DNA from: Octopus vulgaris
Lineage: Eukaryota
DNA length: 64,000 bases
Reading direction: 5' to 3'
Assembly: GCA_951406725.2 (NCBI GenBank)
Contig: OX597827.1
Location: 78,988,001 to 79,052,000 of the forward strand
This document shows, one piece after another, positions 10,421 to 25,766 of the stretch. The translations under genes and the position numbers were made by a program. Position 1 is the first letter of the stretch. Each line of letters starts with the position of its first letter. The notes beneath the pieces were generated by a model that made no database searches, had not been told where the DNA came from, and saw only the letters and a program-made list of their open reading frames with translations.

Positions 10421-11559
10421 CAGCCTTTCTTTATAGTAATTTCATCTTTGAGGGGCCAGAAACTTCACGTCAAATGAGCCAACACCACTGGTTTCGCTTT
10501 TGAATAGAAAACATAAATAAATGTAAAACAAAAGCAAACAAGGATATAATAATGGAGAATTAGTGGAAATTACAATGCATGGGGGGGGATGGTTGACATT
10601 AGGAAGGGCATCCAGCCACAGAAACCCTGCCAAAGCAGACAGTAGAGCTGGGTGTAGTCCTCTGCCTCATTGGCTCCTGTCGAACTGTCCAACCATGCCA
10701 GCATGGAAATCACACATGAGGAGGAGGAGGAGAATGTTGTAAAATATGTGTTGACGGAAACTTCAAGTTTTGCCTAACAAAGCTGAATGGTTGAATAAGC
10801 CATCTCATGAGATTAAAGGTACCACTTCCATGAACCATTAGTAAATATATCAACTCCAGTATTCAACGATGTATCTATTGGTGTTTATTAGTTTTAACTT
10901 TATCCAATTTGGATCCCTTTTGAAGGTTAATTTCCTTTACAAATTTAAATATCATATGGTATTTACACCAAGTTACATTAGTGCCTACAAACACTAACAC
11001 ACATGTGACCATGCTTATTATGCATACACATACATATATATATTCACTACTAACAACATGTTAAGACAAAGTACATTGCTAATGATATAGACTAACTCAT
11101 TGAAAAATCACTGATGTTGTGATAAACTGCTGGGCAGAATGAAAATTCCTTATGTGCAATAGAAGCAGCATTAGAATATAATAGGCACCTGTATAACATA
11201 ATTAATGCAGAGACACTATGCAAGGCAAATTAAGTGTATTATTCATCCAAGGCTGATATCCTTTATGAATGCATTGTTTCAAACCACAAAACTACATTTG
11301 TAGCAAGTGAAAATTGTCCAGCAGCAACTATTTAAATGTCTAGGTATACATTTCTGCCCGATTAGGCTTTGTCGGCAGCATGTACCCATCACTAGCTGCA
11401 AGTTAAGGCAAAATACATCCCTACTGATAGAGGAAAACAGTGATAGGATATTCTGTTGTGTCTGGGGAGAGTCATTCTCTTTTGGTGCCTTATTATTTAA
11501 CACACTCACTGGTAAAATTTCCACCTATTTCTTTTTTATTTTTCTAAAATTTTCGGTGC

Positions 11560-11616
11560 GTCTTGCAACCTTTTCAATAGTTTTGACTCTCAAAACTATT
11601 GAAAAGGTTGCAAGAC
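11560..11616. repeat. Perfect 27-bp inverted repeat with 3-nt loop
   Basis: gtcttgcaaccttttcaatagttttga-ctc-tcaaaactattgaaaaggttgcaagac. Confidence 0.95.
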
Positions 11617-12153
11617 ATAATTCTTTTGGTCTCTTTTGCTGAACTGCTAAGTTATGGGGACATAAACAAACTAACTGATAAATAAGCAACAAGGATATCC
11701 AGAGGTAATGATCGTTTCAAGCAACTCCATTTAATTGAACAATGCAATCATTACATCAATTTGAAATGCAGAGCAATCCTCAGCTGCATAAAGATATAGA
11801 ATTAAATTAAATTAAAACAGATGGACGCATTAGTATAACTTTACCTAAAATCTCCAAGAAGGTAAGGAGATAGACAGAGAAGATGCTGTCTTCACTTCAG
11901 CTTAGAAGCTACTAAGGTATCAGGAAGAAAGACTTGTTACAGATTTTGCTTGTCACTGTTTTATGGGGTCAGTTTTGATTTATGGACCAGTTTATCAAAT
12001 CTTTGTATATCTAATGTCAAAAGAGCAAGGAGCCATACATTTTTGTTTGTCTTAATGACAAAATGCCAGAGCAGAATTCTGTCCCGACATCCGAAACTCT
12101 AAGTTTTATTATGGCAACCAACTAATTATCACATATTATATATATATAATATA

Positions 12154-12551
12154 GGCGCAGGAGTGGCTGTGTGGTAAGTAGCTTGTTTACCAACCACATG
12201 GTTCCGGGTTCAGTCCCACTGCGTGGCACCTTGGGCAAGTGTCTTCTACTATAGCCTCGGGCTGACCAAAGCCTTGTGAGTGGATTTGGTAGATGGAAAC
12301 TGAAAGAAGCCCATCGAATATATGTATATATTTATATATATATATGTGTGTGTGTGCGTGTATGTTTGTATGTCTGTGTTTGTCCCCCCAACATCGCTTG
12401 ACAACCGATGCTGGTGTGTTTATGTCCCCGTTACTTAGCGGTTCGGCAAAAGAGACCGATAGAATAAGTACTGGGCTTACAAAGAATAAGTCCCGGGGTC
12501 GAGTTGCTCGATTAAAGGCGGTGCTCCAGCATGGCCGCAGTCAAATGACTG
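12154..12551 (+). mobile_element. Near full-length tRNA-derived SINE (here family A) with internal (TA)/(TG) tract
   Basis: ggcgcaggagtggctgtgtggtaag (A box), ccgggttcagtccc (B box), ending aaggcggtgctccagcatggccgcagtcaaatgact. Other copies at about 3060-3230(-), 35165-35375, 54711-55115, 55158-55322. Confidence 0.88.
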
Positions 12552-12568
12552 CCAGTCTGTCTGTCTGT

Positions 12569-12603
<35 letters not shown>

Positions 12604-13619
12604 GATAGATAGATAGATAGATAGAGAGATAGATAAATAGACAGATGGATGGATGGATGGATGGACAGATGTAGAGCTGTTATGCAGCATATAAGAAAAC
12701 GCTAGTTTAATTCAGCCATGTCCAGACATCTGAGACTTGGTCAGCAAAATGTTACTAAAGTAAAATAACTGAACTAATTACACTAATTAATCAGGTTAAT
12801 TGCAGTAAAAATGATGCAATAAGTAAAAGGAACACACCTGCTTAGTTTTGTAGGTCCAGTGGTGTAGTTGTTGAAGTTCCAGTGGTGTGGTAGTTGGGGC
12901 TACAGTTGTATGGTGGTTCAAGGCATTGGTAGTGTTGCAGTCAGTGCTGCCCTGGGATGGTATACTTTGGTCATGTGACTGATTTATTAGTGGTGGGTGG
13001 TGGTGGTGGTGGTGGAGAGGAGCTTAGGAAAGCCGAGAATGACGGAGACACACACACATACATACACTTATCTGCATAAACATACATGTATATACATATA
13101 TATATATGTGTGTGTGTGTGTGTATATGTATACACACAGACATGCATACACATGTATATGTATGGATGTATATCATCATCATCATCACCACCACCACCAC
13201 CACCATCACCACCATCACCATCACCATCATCATCATCATCACCACAACACCCCCATCCTCCTCCTCCTCCTCCTCCTCACCACCACCACCATCATCATCA
13301 TTTAACGTCTGTCGTCCATGCAGTTGTGTGTGTGTGTGTATATACATTGTGTATATATGTGTCTGTGTATATAAGGAGAAAGAATAGAAGTCTACAGGTG
13401 GATTAAGATTTAGATAATCAACTCATAATACAGAGAGGTGAGGGTGGGAGTGAGAGTGACATGCGAGAGAATGGTGGTGGTCCAGGGTGGGTTGAAACGA
13501 GTGATTGAGTGTCCGATATGTTTATTTTAGAGGAACATATTTCAATTTTAGATCTGTTTGCTGTGAAGAGATTAATAATGACAGAATCAGTGATGACGGA
13601 GGTAGAGATGGTGGCTGGG

Positions 13620-14436
13620 GTGGGGTGGGGTGGGGGTTGTGGGAGGAGTTGTGGTGGTGGTGGTGATGGTTGTGGTGGCAGTGGTGATGGTTGTGATGGA
13701 TGTGGTGATGGTGGTGGTGGCAGTGGTGGTGGTGATGATGATGGTGATGGTTGTGGTGGCGGTGGTGATGGTTGTGATGGATGTGGTGATGGTGGTGGTG
13801 GTGATGATGGTGGTGATGATGGTTGTGGTGGTAGTGGTGATGATGGTGGTGATGGTTGTGGTGGTGATGGTTGTGGTGGCGGTGGTGATGGTTGTGGTGG
13901 TAGTAGTGGTGGTGGTGGTGGTGGTGGTGGTGGTGGTGGTGGTAGTGGTGGGTGATGGTTGTGGTGGTAGTGGTGGTGATGGTGGTGGTGGTGGTGATGG
14001 TTGTGGTGGTGGTGGTGGTGGTGGTGGTGGTGGTGTGGTTGTGGTTGTGATGGTTGTGGTGGCGGTGGTGATGGTTGTGGTGGCGGTGGTTGTGGTGGTG
14101 ATGGTTGTGGTGGCGGTGGTGATGGTTGTGGTGGTAGTAGTGGTGATGGTTGTGGTGGTGGTGGTGATGGTTGTGGTGGTGGTGGTGGTGGTGTGGTGGT
14201 GGTGGTGGTGGTGGTGGTGGTGGTGGTGGTGGTGGTGATGGTTGTGGTGGTAGTGGTGGTGATGGTGGTGGTGGTGGTGATGGTTGTGGTGATGATGGTT
14301 GTGGTGGCGGTGGTGATGGTTGTGGTGGCGGTGGTTGTGGTGGTGGTGGTGGTGGTGGTGGTGGTAATGGTTGTGGTAGTGGTGGTGGTTTGGTTGTGGT
14401 GGTAGTGGTGGTGATGGTTGTGGTGGTGGTGGTGAT
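13620..14436. repeat. (GGT)n-based compound satellite
   Basis: About 0.8 kb of ggt/gat/tgt triplets with recurring ggtggtgatggttgtggtggc units. Confidence 0.95.
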
Positions 14437-14846
14437 GTGTCCATGACTATACCAGTTATATATACATGTATACACTTACATACACACACGTGTGAGTATG
14501 TGTGTGTCTGTGTGTATACAGAGTGTGAGGGGTGTTTGAGGACAGAGGCTGACTGAATAACCTCAAGCTCCAAATAAGGACTGGGCTTGTTTCGATTGGC
14601 AAAAACCTTCAAGTTGGTGCTCCAGTTGGGCTCACAAGTACAGGAATAAAGGAATAGAAGAAGTAAAGAACAACAGAATGAGATCAAGAATGGCTGTGTT
14701 TGTGACTCTAATTAGGGTCTGTGTGACAGAGGGAAAGGGACAAATGAAGTTAGGCAAAGTCAGAAGGTAGAACCTAGAGTTTTGTAATTGAGTGGGGTCT
14801 GTTAAAGTCACTCAAAGCACCAGGTGTGGGGTGGGTAGGGTGTTAG

Positions 14847-15319
14847 CCCTTTCATTACTAACCTGGCTGAAACCAGTTCTGGCTCTGAGTAGAAATGTCT
14901 TGTTTTCAAAAGTTCTGAATTAAAATCTTCCACCAAACCTTAGTCACAGTTTATGTTCCCAACACTAGCTGAATGGTAACTAAGTTATTTCACTAAATTC
15001 TTTGTTATATTAAAAATTAATTGAAAGAAACACAGAGCATCTCAACAGAAATATGGTAACAAAAGGGTTAAAATATATAATAGAGAAACAATTCTTAACC
15101 CTTTTGATACCAACCTGGCTGAAACTGCCTCTGGCTCTGTAGTACAAATGTTTTGTTTTCATAAGTTTTGAATTAAAATCTTTCCCCAAACCTTTGTCAC
15201 AATTTATGTTCCTAACACTAGCTTAATTATAACCAAATTATTTTACTAAATTCTTTGTTATATTTAAAGTAATTGAAAGAAACACAGAGCATCTCAAAAT
15301 AAATACAGTAATGAAAGGG
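14847..15319. mobile_element. Two tandem 221-bp piggyBac-like MITEs (14847-15067, 15099-15319)
   Basis: CCCTTT...AAAGGG TIRs with TTAA/TTAG flanks; the internal sequences are clearly homologous. Confidence 0.8.
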
Positions 15320-18300
15320 TTAAACCAGGCAACAGATTCAGTCAAGTCCCAAGAACCAAAGAACCAACGATGGATTAACCATTAAGTCAAAGAAACATGT
15401 TTAGAGCATCAAGGGAAGGGTGGGGGGACCCAGGGAAATGGTAAATGGTTTGTGGCACAAAAGAGGTGACTTTAAGTTTGCTAAGATAATCCTTAGGATG
15501 CCTTGTTTCTATAAAGTATAGAAGTGGATGTGTGATGTAAAGTTAAGTTTTGAGGATCTGATCAAAGACTTTGCAACTGAAAAAAGTAGAAAACTTTTCA
15601 GGTACAAATAAAGTGGAAATATGCAAAAAGAAACATTATTTTTTCCTCTTATTGTTAGTTTTGTTTCATTTTGAAAAATAAAACTTTATCTTATGATTTA
15701 TTACTGTTGATATTTTGAATTACAAATACACGGGGTTAGCAAGACCTTTTAAGTGCTTAGGGCCTCCATGGGTCTTAATACGGCCCTGCAATGAACTGAC
15801 GGGCCACTCAGTGGGTTTCCACATAGTTCCCATTTACCAAACTCCACTCACAAGACTTTAGTCTACCCAAGGTTATTATCAGAGAGACTTGCTCAAGGTG
15901 TTGTATACTCAGATTGAACCTGAGACTCTACATACAAAGCGAAGTTGTGAAGCATGCAGCCACATCTGCACTGATTGGCAGGGAAATGTTCCAATAATTG
16001 ATAGATCAATAGTCAGAAGATTGTTGGTTCTGAGCAGGAACTCATTTATTGATTTGCCTCGTTTGAGATATCCATTTTGTAGAATGTGGAAAGTGTAAGA
16101 GAAAACCAGAAGAGAGAAGAGCATGAAATGATGCTGAATGGAAATGGAGGAGGGAAGATAAACAAAGCTGGCAGCAGCCAACATTTCTTAGATTGGGAGA
16201 CATTTAGAAATCAATTATGTTATTCAATCAGGAATCAGAATGCTACTAATCCGAAGGTAAAAATGAAAATATATTAGAAGGAACTGTTCATGTTTTTTTG
16301 GCTTCAGTTCTTCATTTTAAGAGGATTTTCTTTTGGTAATGTATTGATTCCTTTTGATGAATCACAAAAGCATGTTTTTACAGTCAATTGAATCAATGTT
16401 ATGTTAACTGATACTTGTTTCATTGATCGACAATAGTGCTACGCGACAACAAAGTGAACTCGAGCGTACTTCAGTATTATCACAGTGAGACTAACACGCG
16501 AGTGTTTATAACAGGGTGCAGAATAAATATCTCATGGACAGCAATTAAAAACCCAGTTCTTTAATTTGCTTTTTGTGATTTACATCCATTTCTGATATAC
16601 ATTGGCATCAATAGAAACGGTAAGGAAAGGTACTGTCTGTAGCCACTGCTGAATTCGAAGGTATCTGTGTATTCAATGGCAACATTTATTGTCAGCCATC
16701 ATTTGTTGAGATTCTATCAATAAAAAATTACTGGAGTTTTTATTACAATTATAAAGGCATATTCTATTCAGTTCTCATAATAATATATGTGATATAGATT
16801 CATTTATAATATATAACACTGATAATAATTATAATAAAACATTGTGTACAGTGCTCAGGTGCACTACAACAAAAGGGATGAACAAACTTAATCCATTTTC
16901 GAACCTAACCTTATTGGGTTCTCATAAGAGGAGCCTATATCATTTGGACATAGCTCCCTGCTTCTTTCCATTGAATGTCGTTTCATAAACATCCCCTTTC
17001 CATGTTTTGCACAAAAAAAAAAGGAAAAAGAAGAAACCTGTCCCCACCCCCAGTAAATTATTTCAATCAATCAGATGTTAGTCTTACACAGAGCTTAATC
17101 ATTTGAATGTTCTTGAATTAGGTGCAGGTGTGGTTAAGAAGCTAGCTTCCCAGTCACAGAGTTTCAGGTTCAATACCACTGAGTGATACCTTGAGCAAGC
17201 ATCTTCTACCAAAGCCTTGTGATTTGGTAGATGGAAACACTGAAAATGAAGACTACCATGTGTGCGTGTGTTTGTGTTTATAGGAGCCTATGCCAGGGGC
17301 GTAACCATCCCACTTATGCATACCTTTTCCTTCTTTGGACACTAAAACTCTGTTTGCGAAGACCTGTTGAGGCAAGTGAAATCAATCAACCAATCAAAAG
17401 CAAAATCAAATTCGATGACTGGCGTCCGTGCTAGCAGGGTGCAAAGGGCACCATACGAGCATGATTATTGACAGAGCGGCTAACCAGCTTCTGTGCCAGT
17501 GGCACACAAAGGGCACCTTTCGAGTGTGATCGTTACCAGCGTCACCTTACTGGCACTTGTGCCCATGCTAGTAGGGTGCCAAGAGCACCATCCGAGCGTG
17601 ATTGTTGCCAGAGCAGCCAACTGGATAGGAAAGCCTTCTATTAAAGAAGGCGGCAAGCTGGCAGAAATGCGTAGCCGTATTTCGTCTGCCGTAACGTTGT
17701 GAGTTCAAATTCTGCCGAGGTCGACTTTGCCTTTCATCCTTTCGGGGTCGATAAATTAAGTACCAGTTACGCACTGGGGTCAATGTAATCGACTTAATCC
17801 GTTTGTCTGTCCTTGTTTGTCCCCTTTATGTTTATCCTCTTGTGGGCAATAAAGAAATATATATGTATTTGATTTCTCCTTGTCTATATTTATATGATAG
17901 GCTTTTGTAAACAAAATAACAACTTTGCTATCAAATACAATTGGTGTCAGATGTTTGCAGGGAACCATAAAAGCATGCCTGGCTTTATGTCTTGATATAA
18001 TTGTGTGATGTTCGTAAGCACTATGTCATTGTTTGATTGAGAACAATGGGTTTATTATTACCTTGCTTGGAAACAGGTGAGAGTTGGTGACAGGAAGGGC
18101 ATCCAGCTGTAGAAAATCTGTGCCTCAAGAGATTCTGTCTGCTCCATATTCAAACATGGAAAAGTGGATGTTAAGATGAGGATGGTGCATGATGATGATG
18201 ATGATGATGGCGATGATTTCATTATTGACTACTAAACAAACCTTAAGGTGCACCGATGTGATTGTTTGACCTGCCAGAAAGAACAGTTAATTTCTCTCGA

Positions 18301-18919
18301 ATCCCGTTGAATGAAAGGAGGGACTAACTGAATAAAGTTGAGTTAGATGTCCTACACCTGAGAAGAAAAGGAGATGATGGTCAGAAGTGGAATAACTTTG
18401 ATCATAGGTCTGCATGGTCAGAGGTGACCTGGGGCTGAGCAGCCACACCGACAACAAGAAGGACAGAGAGGGAAAGGTCCTGGATATACAAAAACAAGAC
18501 GTAACAATCATGACTAGAATACATTTGTTTGTAAGCCAGTTCGACCAACGCTGTCCCAGGGCTAAACAACAACATCAACAACAACACCAACAACATCGTT
18601 TTGCCATGAGAAGGAGCTGATCTGAGCATCCCTTACTCGCCGGCCATGTTGCTGATCTGACATTGGAAAGAGGAATAAAGAAAGGCCAGTGAAAAATCAA
18701 AAAAAGGTTTTTATTCATGTTATATTCCATTAAACCATAAAGTTTAAAAAAACATAGCATTTATTCATCAATGTTTTCTTTGTTTCCTTGATAAAAAAAA
18801 TATTGGGGAAAAAAATGACAATTTTCAGAGAAAAAAAGAAATTTTCTTAAGTAAGTTGCACTGTTTATTTTCTGGTATTTCATGTTAAAGCTTCCATTTG
18901 ATAGTATCTGGTTTGTCTC

Positions 18920-18982
18920 ATATATACATCCATATATACACACACATACATATGTAGAGGTATATATATATGTGTGTGTGTG

Positions 18983-19070
<88 letters not shown>

Positions 19071-19294
19071 AATATATGTATATCTGTGTCAGTATAAATA
19101 TTCATGCATACAAATGCTCATACACATATATATACCTCAATACATATAAACATAATGTGTATATGTGTGTATGTATGTATACACACTCATACACACATAT
19201 AAGAAATATGTACAGATATAGTTATATATAGATGTATATATTTATATGCAGTTTATGCATATGCGGTATATATGACTGTACACACTCATATGTA

Positions 19295-19349
<55 letters not shown>

Positions 19350-20328
19350 TATACATACATATAATATATATACATATATATATACATATAATATATATAC
19401 ACATATATATATATGTATATGAATGAATATGTGTATGTATATATACGTATATGTATTAATATGTATATATGTATAAGTAAATGTATTATATGCGTATGTA
19501 TGTAAAAGTATATATACACACACACATATATATATATGTATGTATGTATGTATGTATATGTATATATATATGTATATCTGTGTGTACATACATGCATACA
19601 AATTATATATGGGTATATTTTAATGTATCTGAATATATGGGTATATTTTGAATTATTAAACCATAAAATATGAATCTTTGCATGCATACACACGTGCTCA
19701 CAGACGATAATGCACACACACACATACACACATATACATACATACATACATATATACATACATATATATACACATATATATATATATATATATATATACG
19801 CACACTCATGTGTGTGTGTCTATGTATATATGCATTTATATATACTTATCTTCATATACATATACGTATATATATATATATGCACATGTGTGTATGTATG
19901 TGGATATTTGAGGGAATGTATATATGTGTATATATTAATAAAATCTGTAATGATATAATCATTTCTGGTGTTATATTCATAACTTCTGCTGTGAATAATC
20001 ATTTTATACCATCGGAGGATTTGGTTCAACCTTGTATTCATCTGATCACAGATGTCAGGAAACTTGAATATGTGTGTGTGTGTGTATGTGTGTGTGTGTG
20101 TGTGTCTGTGTGTGTGTGCTTATGTGTGTAAGTATGCATGTATGTATACACTCTCACACACATACTTATGTATATATTCATATATATGCACATAGTTATG
20201 TGCATATGTTTGTATCATGTACAAGTATGTGTGTATGCATGTGTGTGTGGGTATGCATATATATTCTTATACATATATATATATATGTATCCGTGTATAT
20301 ATATATACATACACACATACATACATAC

Positions 20329-20378
<50 letters not shown>

Positions 20379-20405
20379 GTATATATATGTATATGTATAT
20401 ATATA

Positions 20406-20444
<39 letters not shown>

Positions 20445-20747
20445 TACACACACAAACATACATAATATTCATACATATATATATATACACATACATGTAA
20501 ATATACATATATATATATAAATACATAAATATCTACATAAGTATGTATATGCATACACAATAGATTTGCATGTTTGTGAATTTGCATTTATATACATATG
20601 TAAGAATGTACATGCACACACACACACACACCACACATATAAACATACATATATGTGTATATATATATTTACATATGCGTGTGCATGTATGTGTATGTAT
20701 ACACCCACATGCATACACATACGATCACACTTTATATGTACTATATA

Positions 20748-20798
<51 letters not shown>

Positions 20799-20870
20799 TA
20801 TGAAATATATATATATATATATAGGTATTTCTGCATACATACACATGTTTTTTATGCATGCATCTGAATA
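18920..20870. repeat. (TA)n/(CA)n/(TG)n compound microsatellite field
   Basis: Direct inspection. Similar fields at about 22000-22720, 25350-25770, 34100-34760, 37200-37690, 37940-38230, 39225-40740. Confidence 0.95.
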
Positions 20871-21143
20871 GATAACACACAGTTGTACCTATGGTAGTCA
20901 AAGTAAAGATGTTGATGAATGTAGGACATCATCCTCCATTGAGATTACAACAGGTAATTCAACAGAAGGAATAAGATTGCAAGTTTGTCTGTTTGTCCCG
21001 TGGTAGAACCTGGGCTGATGTGTTTGATGGAATTGGATGAAAGAGTTTGGTCAAACAGCACTGCAATCAGAGGAGATCATAATTAAAGCAGTAATGAAGA
21101 ATACTATTTTTGAACACTCTTTCACTATACATACATACATACA

Positions 21144-21174
<31 letters not shown>

Positions 21175-22097
21175 TTTTAAGGTCATTGAATTGTGTATAT
21201 GTAGCTGTGTGAAATATAATTCTATTTTGTCCCGTATTGAAGATGGGAATGTGTCGTAGAAGCTTGGTAACTGGCAGAAGGGTTGAGCCGTTCAATACCT
21301 GAACTGCTTTAAGGCTAACTTTTATCCTAACAGAAACCTTTCTCTTGATATATAATAATTTTACTATTAACCTTTGTCTTAATATAGATTTCAAATTTTG
21401 ACACAGGGCCAGCAATTTCATAGGAGCGGATAAGTTGATTACATTGATCCCCTTCCCCTGTGCTCGGCTGGTACTTATTTTATCGACCTCGAAAAAATGA
21501 AAGGTAAAGTCGACCTGGGTGGAATTTGAACTCAGAATGTAAAGACAGATTAAATGCCACAAAGCATATTGCCTGGAGTTCTAACAATTCTGCCAGATCA
21601 CCGCCTGAACTTTTGTCTTCTGTTTCGTCTTTGCTTAATGAAATAGTTTTCTAAAGTTGATGGAGGGCCCTGCCCAAATCATTGTTGTGTTCCTCTTCCT
21701 AAAAAGGTTTGTCAGTCTGCCCCATGATGCTGGCAGAAAAAAATGGAAAAGGCGTTGCCCTGGAGGATGGTGAGGGGGATGGACTGGGGCTTGCACTTGC
21801 AGATAACTATCTCCACTCTGACAGCAGTGAGCAGAAATGAGGTCTGAGGGTCAAGAACGTCAGAGGTCTCTGCAGCCATAGGCTTGACCACAAACCAGTT
21901 AGAGGGGCTGATATTTTGACAGTTTGTCCCTCTCAGCTAAGATGGTGCTCTTTAAATAAATTCTAATCATTTCTTTTGATGTGTCTGCAAAAGTATGTCT
22001 GTATTAGTGTATATGTGTCTATATAGGCTAATCTGTATATGTGTATGTACATATGCTGTGTGTGTGTGTGTGTGTGTGTGTATGTACATATGCTGTA

Positions 22098-22151
<54 letters not shown>

Positions 22152-22574
22152 GTATATATATATATATACATGTATGTGTATGTCTGTATCTGTACATGTA
22201 TGAGTGTGTATACATGCATGTATGCATATGCAAGCGTGTATTTGTGTGATTTTGACACAAAATACTTTAATTTTGAAGTTTTTAAATATTTCCTTTTTAT
22301 AAACAATTTTCTTCATTTTCTTGATTTAATTAAAAGTAAACAAAAACCAAAAAAAAAACAACAAATTAAACTTATGTTTCTAAATATATATATTTATATT
22401 TATGACATGAAATATATTGATGTATTTTGTTGGGTTTTCTTGTTTCTTTCCTTTTTTTTTAAATATATAATTGTCTCTTCCTAATTACTTCATTGCTTTA
22501 TTGATTTTTTTATAGGAAAAAATATCAACACTCCATTTCATAATCACAATTAATTATATTGTATTATAAATACA

Positions 22575-22713
<139 letters not shown>

Positions 22714-22916
22714 CATATTATATGTGTCATATTAGATTATGTTATGTTATAATATATGTATTAATTATATTATTTATATTATTATTATAATGCAATTTTT
22801 GCTGGTATCTAACAGTTATGATTTCAAGTTTTGTAGATAAGCTGCAGTTAATGGAAAGTTTCCCAGTTATCGGCCAAGTGCAGATAGACTATACTCTATA
22901 TTATTATTGTTGTTAC

Positions 22917-22953
<37 letters not shown>

Positions 22954-24843
22954 TACTTTTAGCATTACTATGGCTACTATTACTGTGCTTGTTTGGCTGC
23001 TTCAGGAATTTGTGGTTTTTTTTAGAAGTTGAGAAATTACACCCTTTTTGCTTTCCTGTTTATCACCAGAGGTCACTGACTGTGCTTACACTGAAAACAG
23101 AAAGAAAAACCAATAATATATGATGTATTGATGTAAACGTGTATGCAGGTGTGTATGTATATATGTGTGTGTACGTGTATGTATAATAAAAAAAAAAGCT
23201 GTACTGTACAATGGATTAAAAAATTCAATTTCAGCAGGATAAAATAACAAATGAAGGTTTAACAAGTGTATGTGTTTGTATCTTGCCTGTGTTGGTCCCA
23301 ATGTCAGGGAAAGGAGGTAAGCTAAATGTCACTGGTGCAGTTCACACAGAAAAAAAAAAAAAAATGTGATGATTTCACAAAAACGAGATGTTAGTCTTGC
23401 TTAAGCAAGAAGGAAAAAAAAATATTGTAAGGAATAATCACATGCCATAACACAGTATTGGATTAGATTTGGCTTTCAAACGAAGCCTTGGGTCGCACAT
23501 CTGTTGACAAGAGGCCATCCAGCAAAGCTGGACACTCACCTTGTCATGACACATTTACAATACTCTAAGGACACTTGAAGAGAGAAATGAAAGGTCAAAC
23601 CCCTTTTCTTTCTCACTCCTGAAACAAATCTCAATGTTGTTTTTCTTTTTTTTTTTTAAATATTTATTATTAGCCTTTTTTTTTTGTAAGTCAGTAACCG
23701 CTTTGATGTTTCCCGTTGAAAAAAATTCATCAATCAGCATGAAAGCCAACACATCATGTCACCATGATTACAGCCAGAACCAAAACACATGATATAGGTT
23801 CACAGATTAAATAAATTTGATGTTGGAAAAACACAATTTTTCTTTTTTAAATTAAAAATTGAAAATATATAAAATAAATAACAGACTGTAAAAAACATAT
23901 AAACATACACACACACACAAGAAAAAATTAACAACAAAACAAACCAAAACATTTAATTTTCGTCCAACTATGAACAATATTTGCCAATAGCTGAGATTTG
24001 TAAAAGAGAAATTCATATGGTGGAGATTGCTTTGTGTGGTTTGTTAAATTGAGTTAAGATTGATTTATGAGTTGTTAAATGTAATTGTTTCATGTTGACT
24101 AGTATTAGTTTGGGCTGGATAGATGTGTTGGGGCCATATTCACATTCTAGGGACTCAGGGAAATATATCAAGTTGATTTCTTTAAAGAACTCATGTGAAT
24201 AACTTTCAGGGGAGGGAATCCTTTAATCCCTACCTTTCAAGGGAGGGAATCCTGCCATCCTTGCTTGATGTCGACTTTACGTGACTTCACAGTTTTATTA
24301 AAGCTTTATTATATCCAGTCATACTCTGCCCTATTGCATGCTTTTCTGGTTTTAATTTTCAAGCCACCTCAAAATTTAAGATAAGATACGAAATCTGAGA
24401 GGTTATTTTATTATTTTTAGGGCAAATTGATACCAATTTTAAACAATATGTTGCTTGTATGGAAAAAAAAATGAGAATAAAAAGAAAATAATTCAAACAA
24501 TAAGAAAAGAAATAAATAATTCATATAATTTAAAAAAAAAACAAAACAAAAGGTGAGTGAAGTTATCAGGTTCAGCCATTCCTCCCAAGACCAACCAGTA
24601 TGTTGCACTTTGGAACTGTATATGAGGTATGTAGCAGAATAGGAGGGCAACAGACCAGTACTTTAGAATCTCACAAAGCTTTCACACAACTCTTTTTGGC
24701 CAGTCAACATTAGCAGAAGGAAAATAGGACAATATGATAATAAAATCAAATAATGCTACGTTACAACACCATTCGTATATAGGTTTTTAATTGCATCAAG
24801 TTCTCTTGCCACCCCCCTCCCTCCCTCTCTCTCTTTCTCTCTT

Positions 24844-24901
<58 letters not shown>

Positions 24902-25396
24902 ACTTTTACCTCTCAAACAGTAAAGGTGGGACCTGCATGCTCAGAATGACGATTGAAAAAATAGAAATATTATATCTGCAACAATCAGTGTTGGAGATAG
25001 GTTTTTTCTAATAGAATTGGACAGAGGTTTTGTTCAATTTAACCCAAATTTCTCATTATTTGGTGCGATAAAATGTTTCACAGAAAATATTTTGCTTGAA
25101 ATGATGTAAAATAATGGGAAATATCTTTGCTTCATTATTACTATAATAATTTTAACCATTATTGTGGTGGATGCTATCGAGTGACCACAACACCCAGTTT
25201 TAATTCTTCAATGACCATAAAAGGCATTAAACATCACAATTAACCAGCTTCCCTCCTTCATAAATCCAAGAATTCATGTTGTCTATTTGGGAAATCATTA
25301 GTATTTCATAGGTATATGTTGTTTGATTAGTTATAAACACATATTATATACATACATTATATACATACATACATACATTTATATATATATACATAT

Positions 25397-25439
<43 letters not shown>

Positions 25440-25468
25440 TGCATGTATGTATGTGTGTGTGTGTGTGT

Positions 25469-25511
<43 letters not shown>

Positions 25512-25729
25512 TATGTACACATACATATTGTATTGTAATAATCATACATTGTTTTGTAAATTTTTTTCTTTATTATTTATTTTAATATATGCTCACAATC
25601 AGGTACATATATATGTATATGTATGTATATATGTATATATGTATATATATATATATACATACATACATTATACCTTTATACACACACACACACATACACA
25701 CACACACACACACACACATATAATAATAA

Positions 25730-25766
<37 letters not shown>

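Noticed and set aside
12971-14687. Long poly-His/Thr/Pro/Gly/Val ORFs (up to 366 aa), likewise at 46875-47616 and 55866-57681
   Set aside because: Translations of (GGT)n and (GAT)n microsatellites, open in several frames and strands, with no domain content.
14847-15319. Composite transposon, because the outer TIRs match each other perfectly over 13 bp
   Set aside because: The differences are mostly CA/TG at a probable ancestral CpG, so independent decay of two MITE copies explains it.
18761-20871. Dozens of YI/CV/HT-repeat ORFs throughout the window
   Set aside because: Translations of (TA)n and (CA)n tracts.
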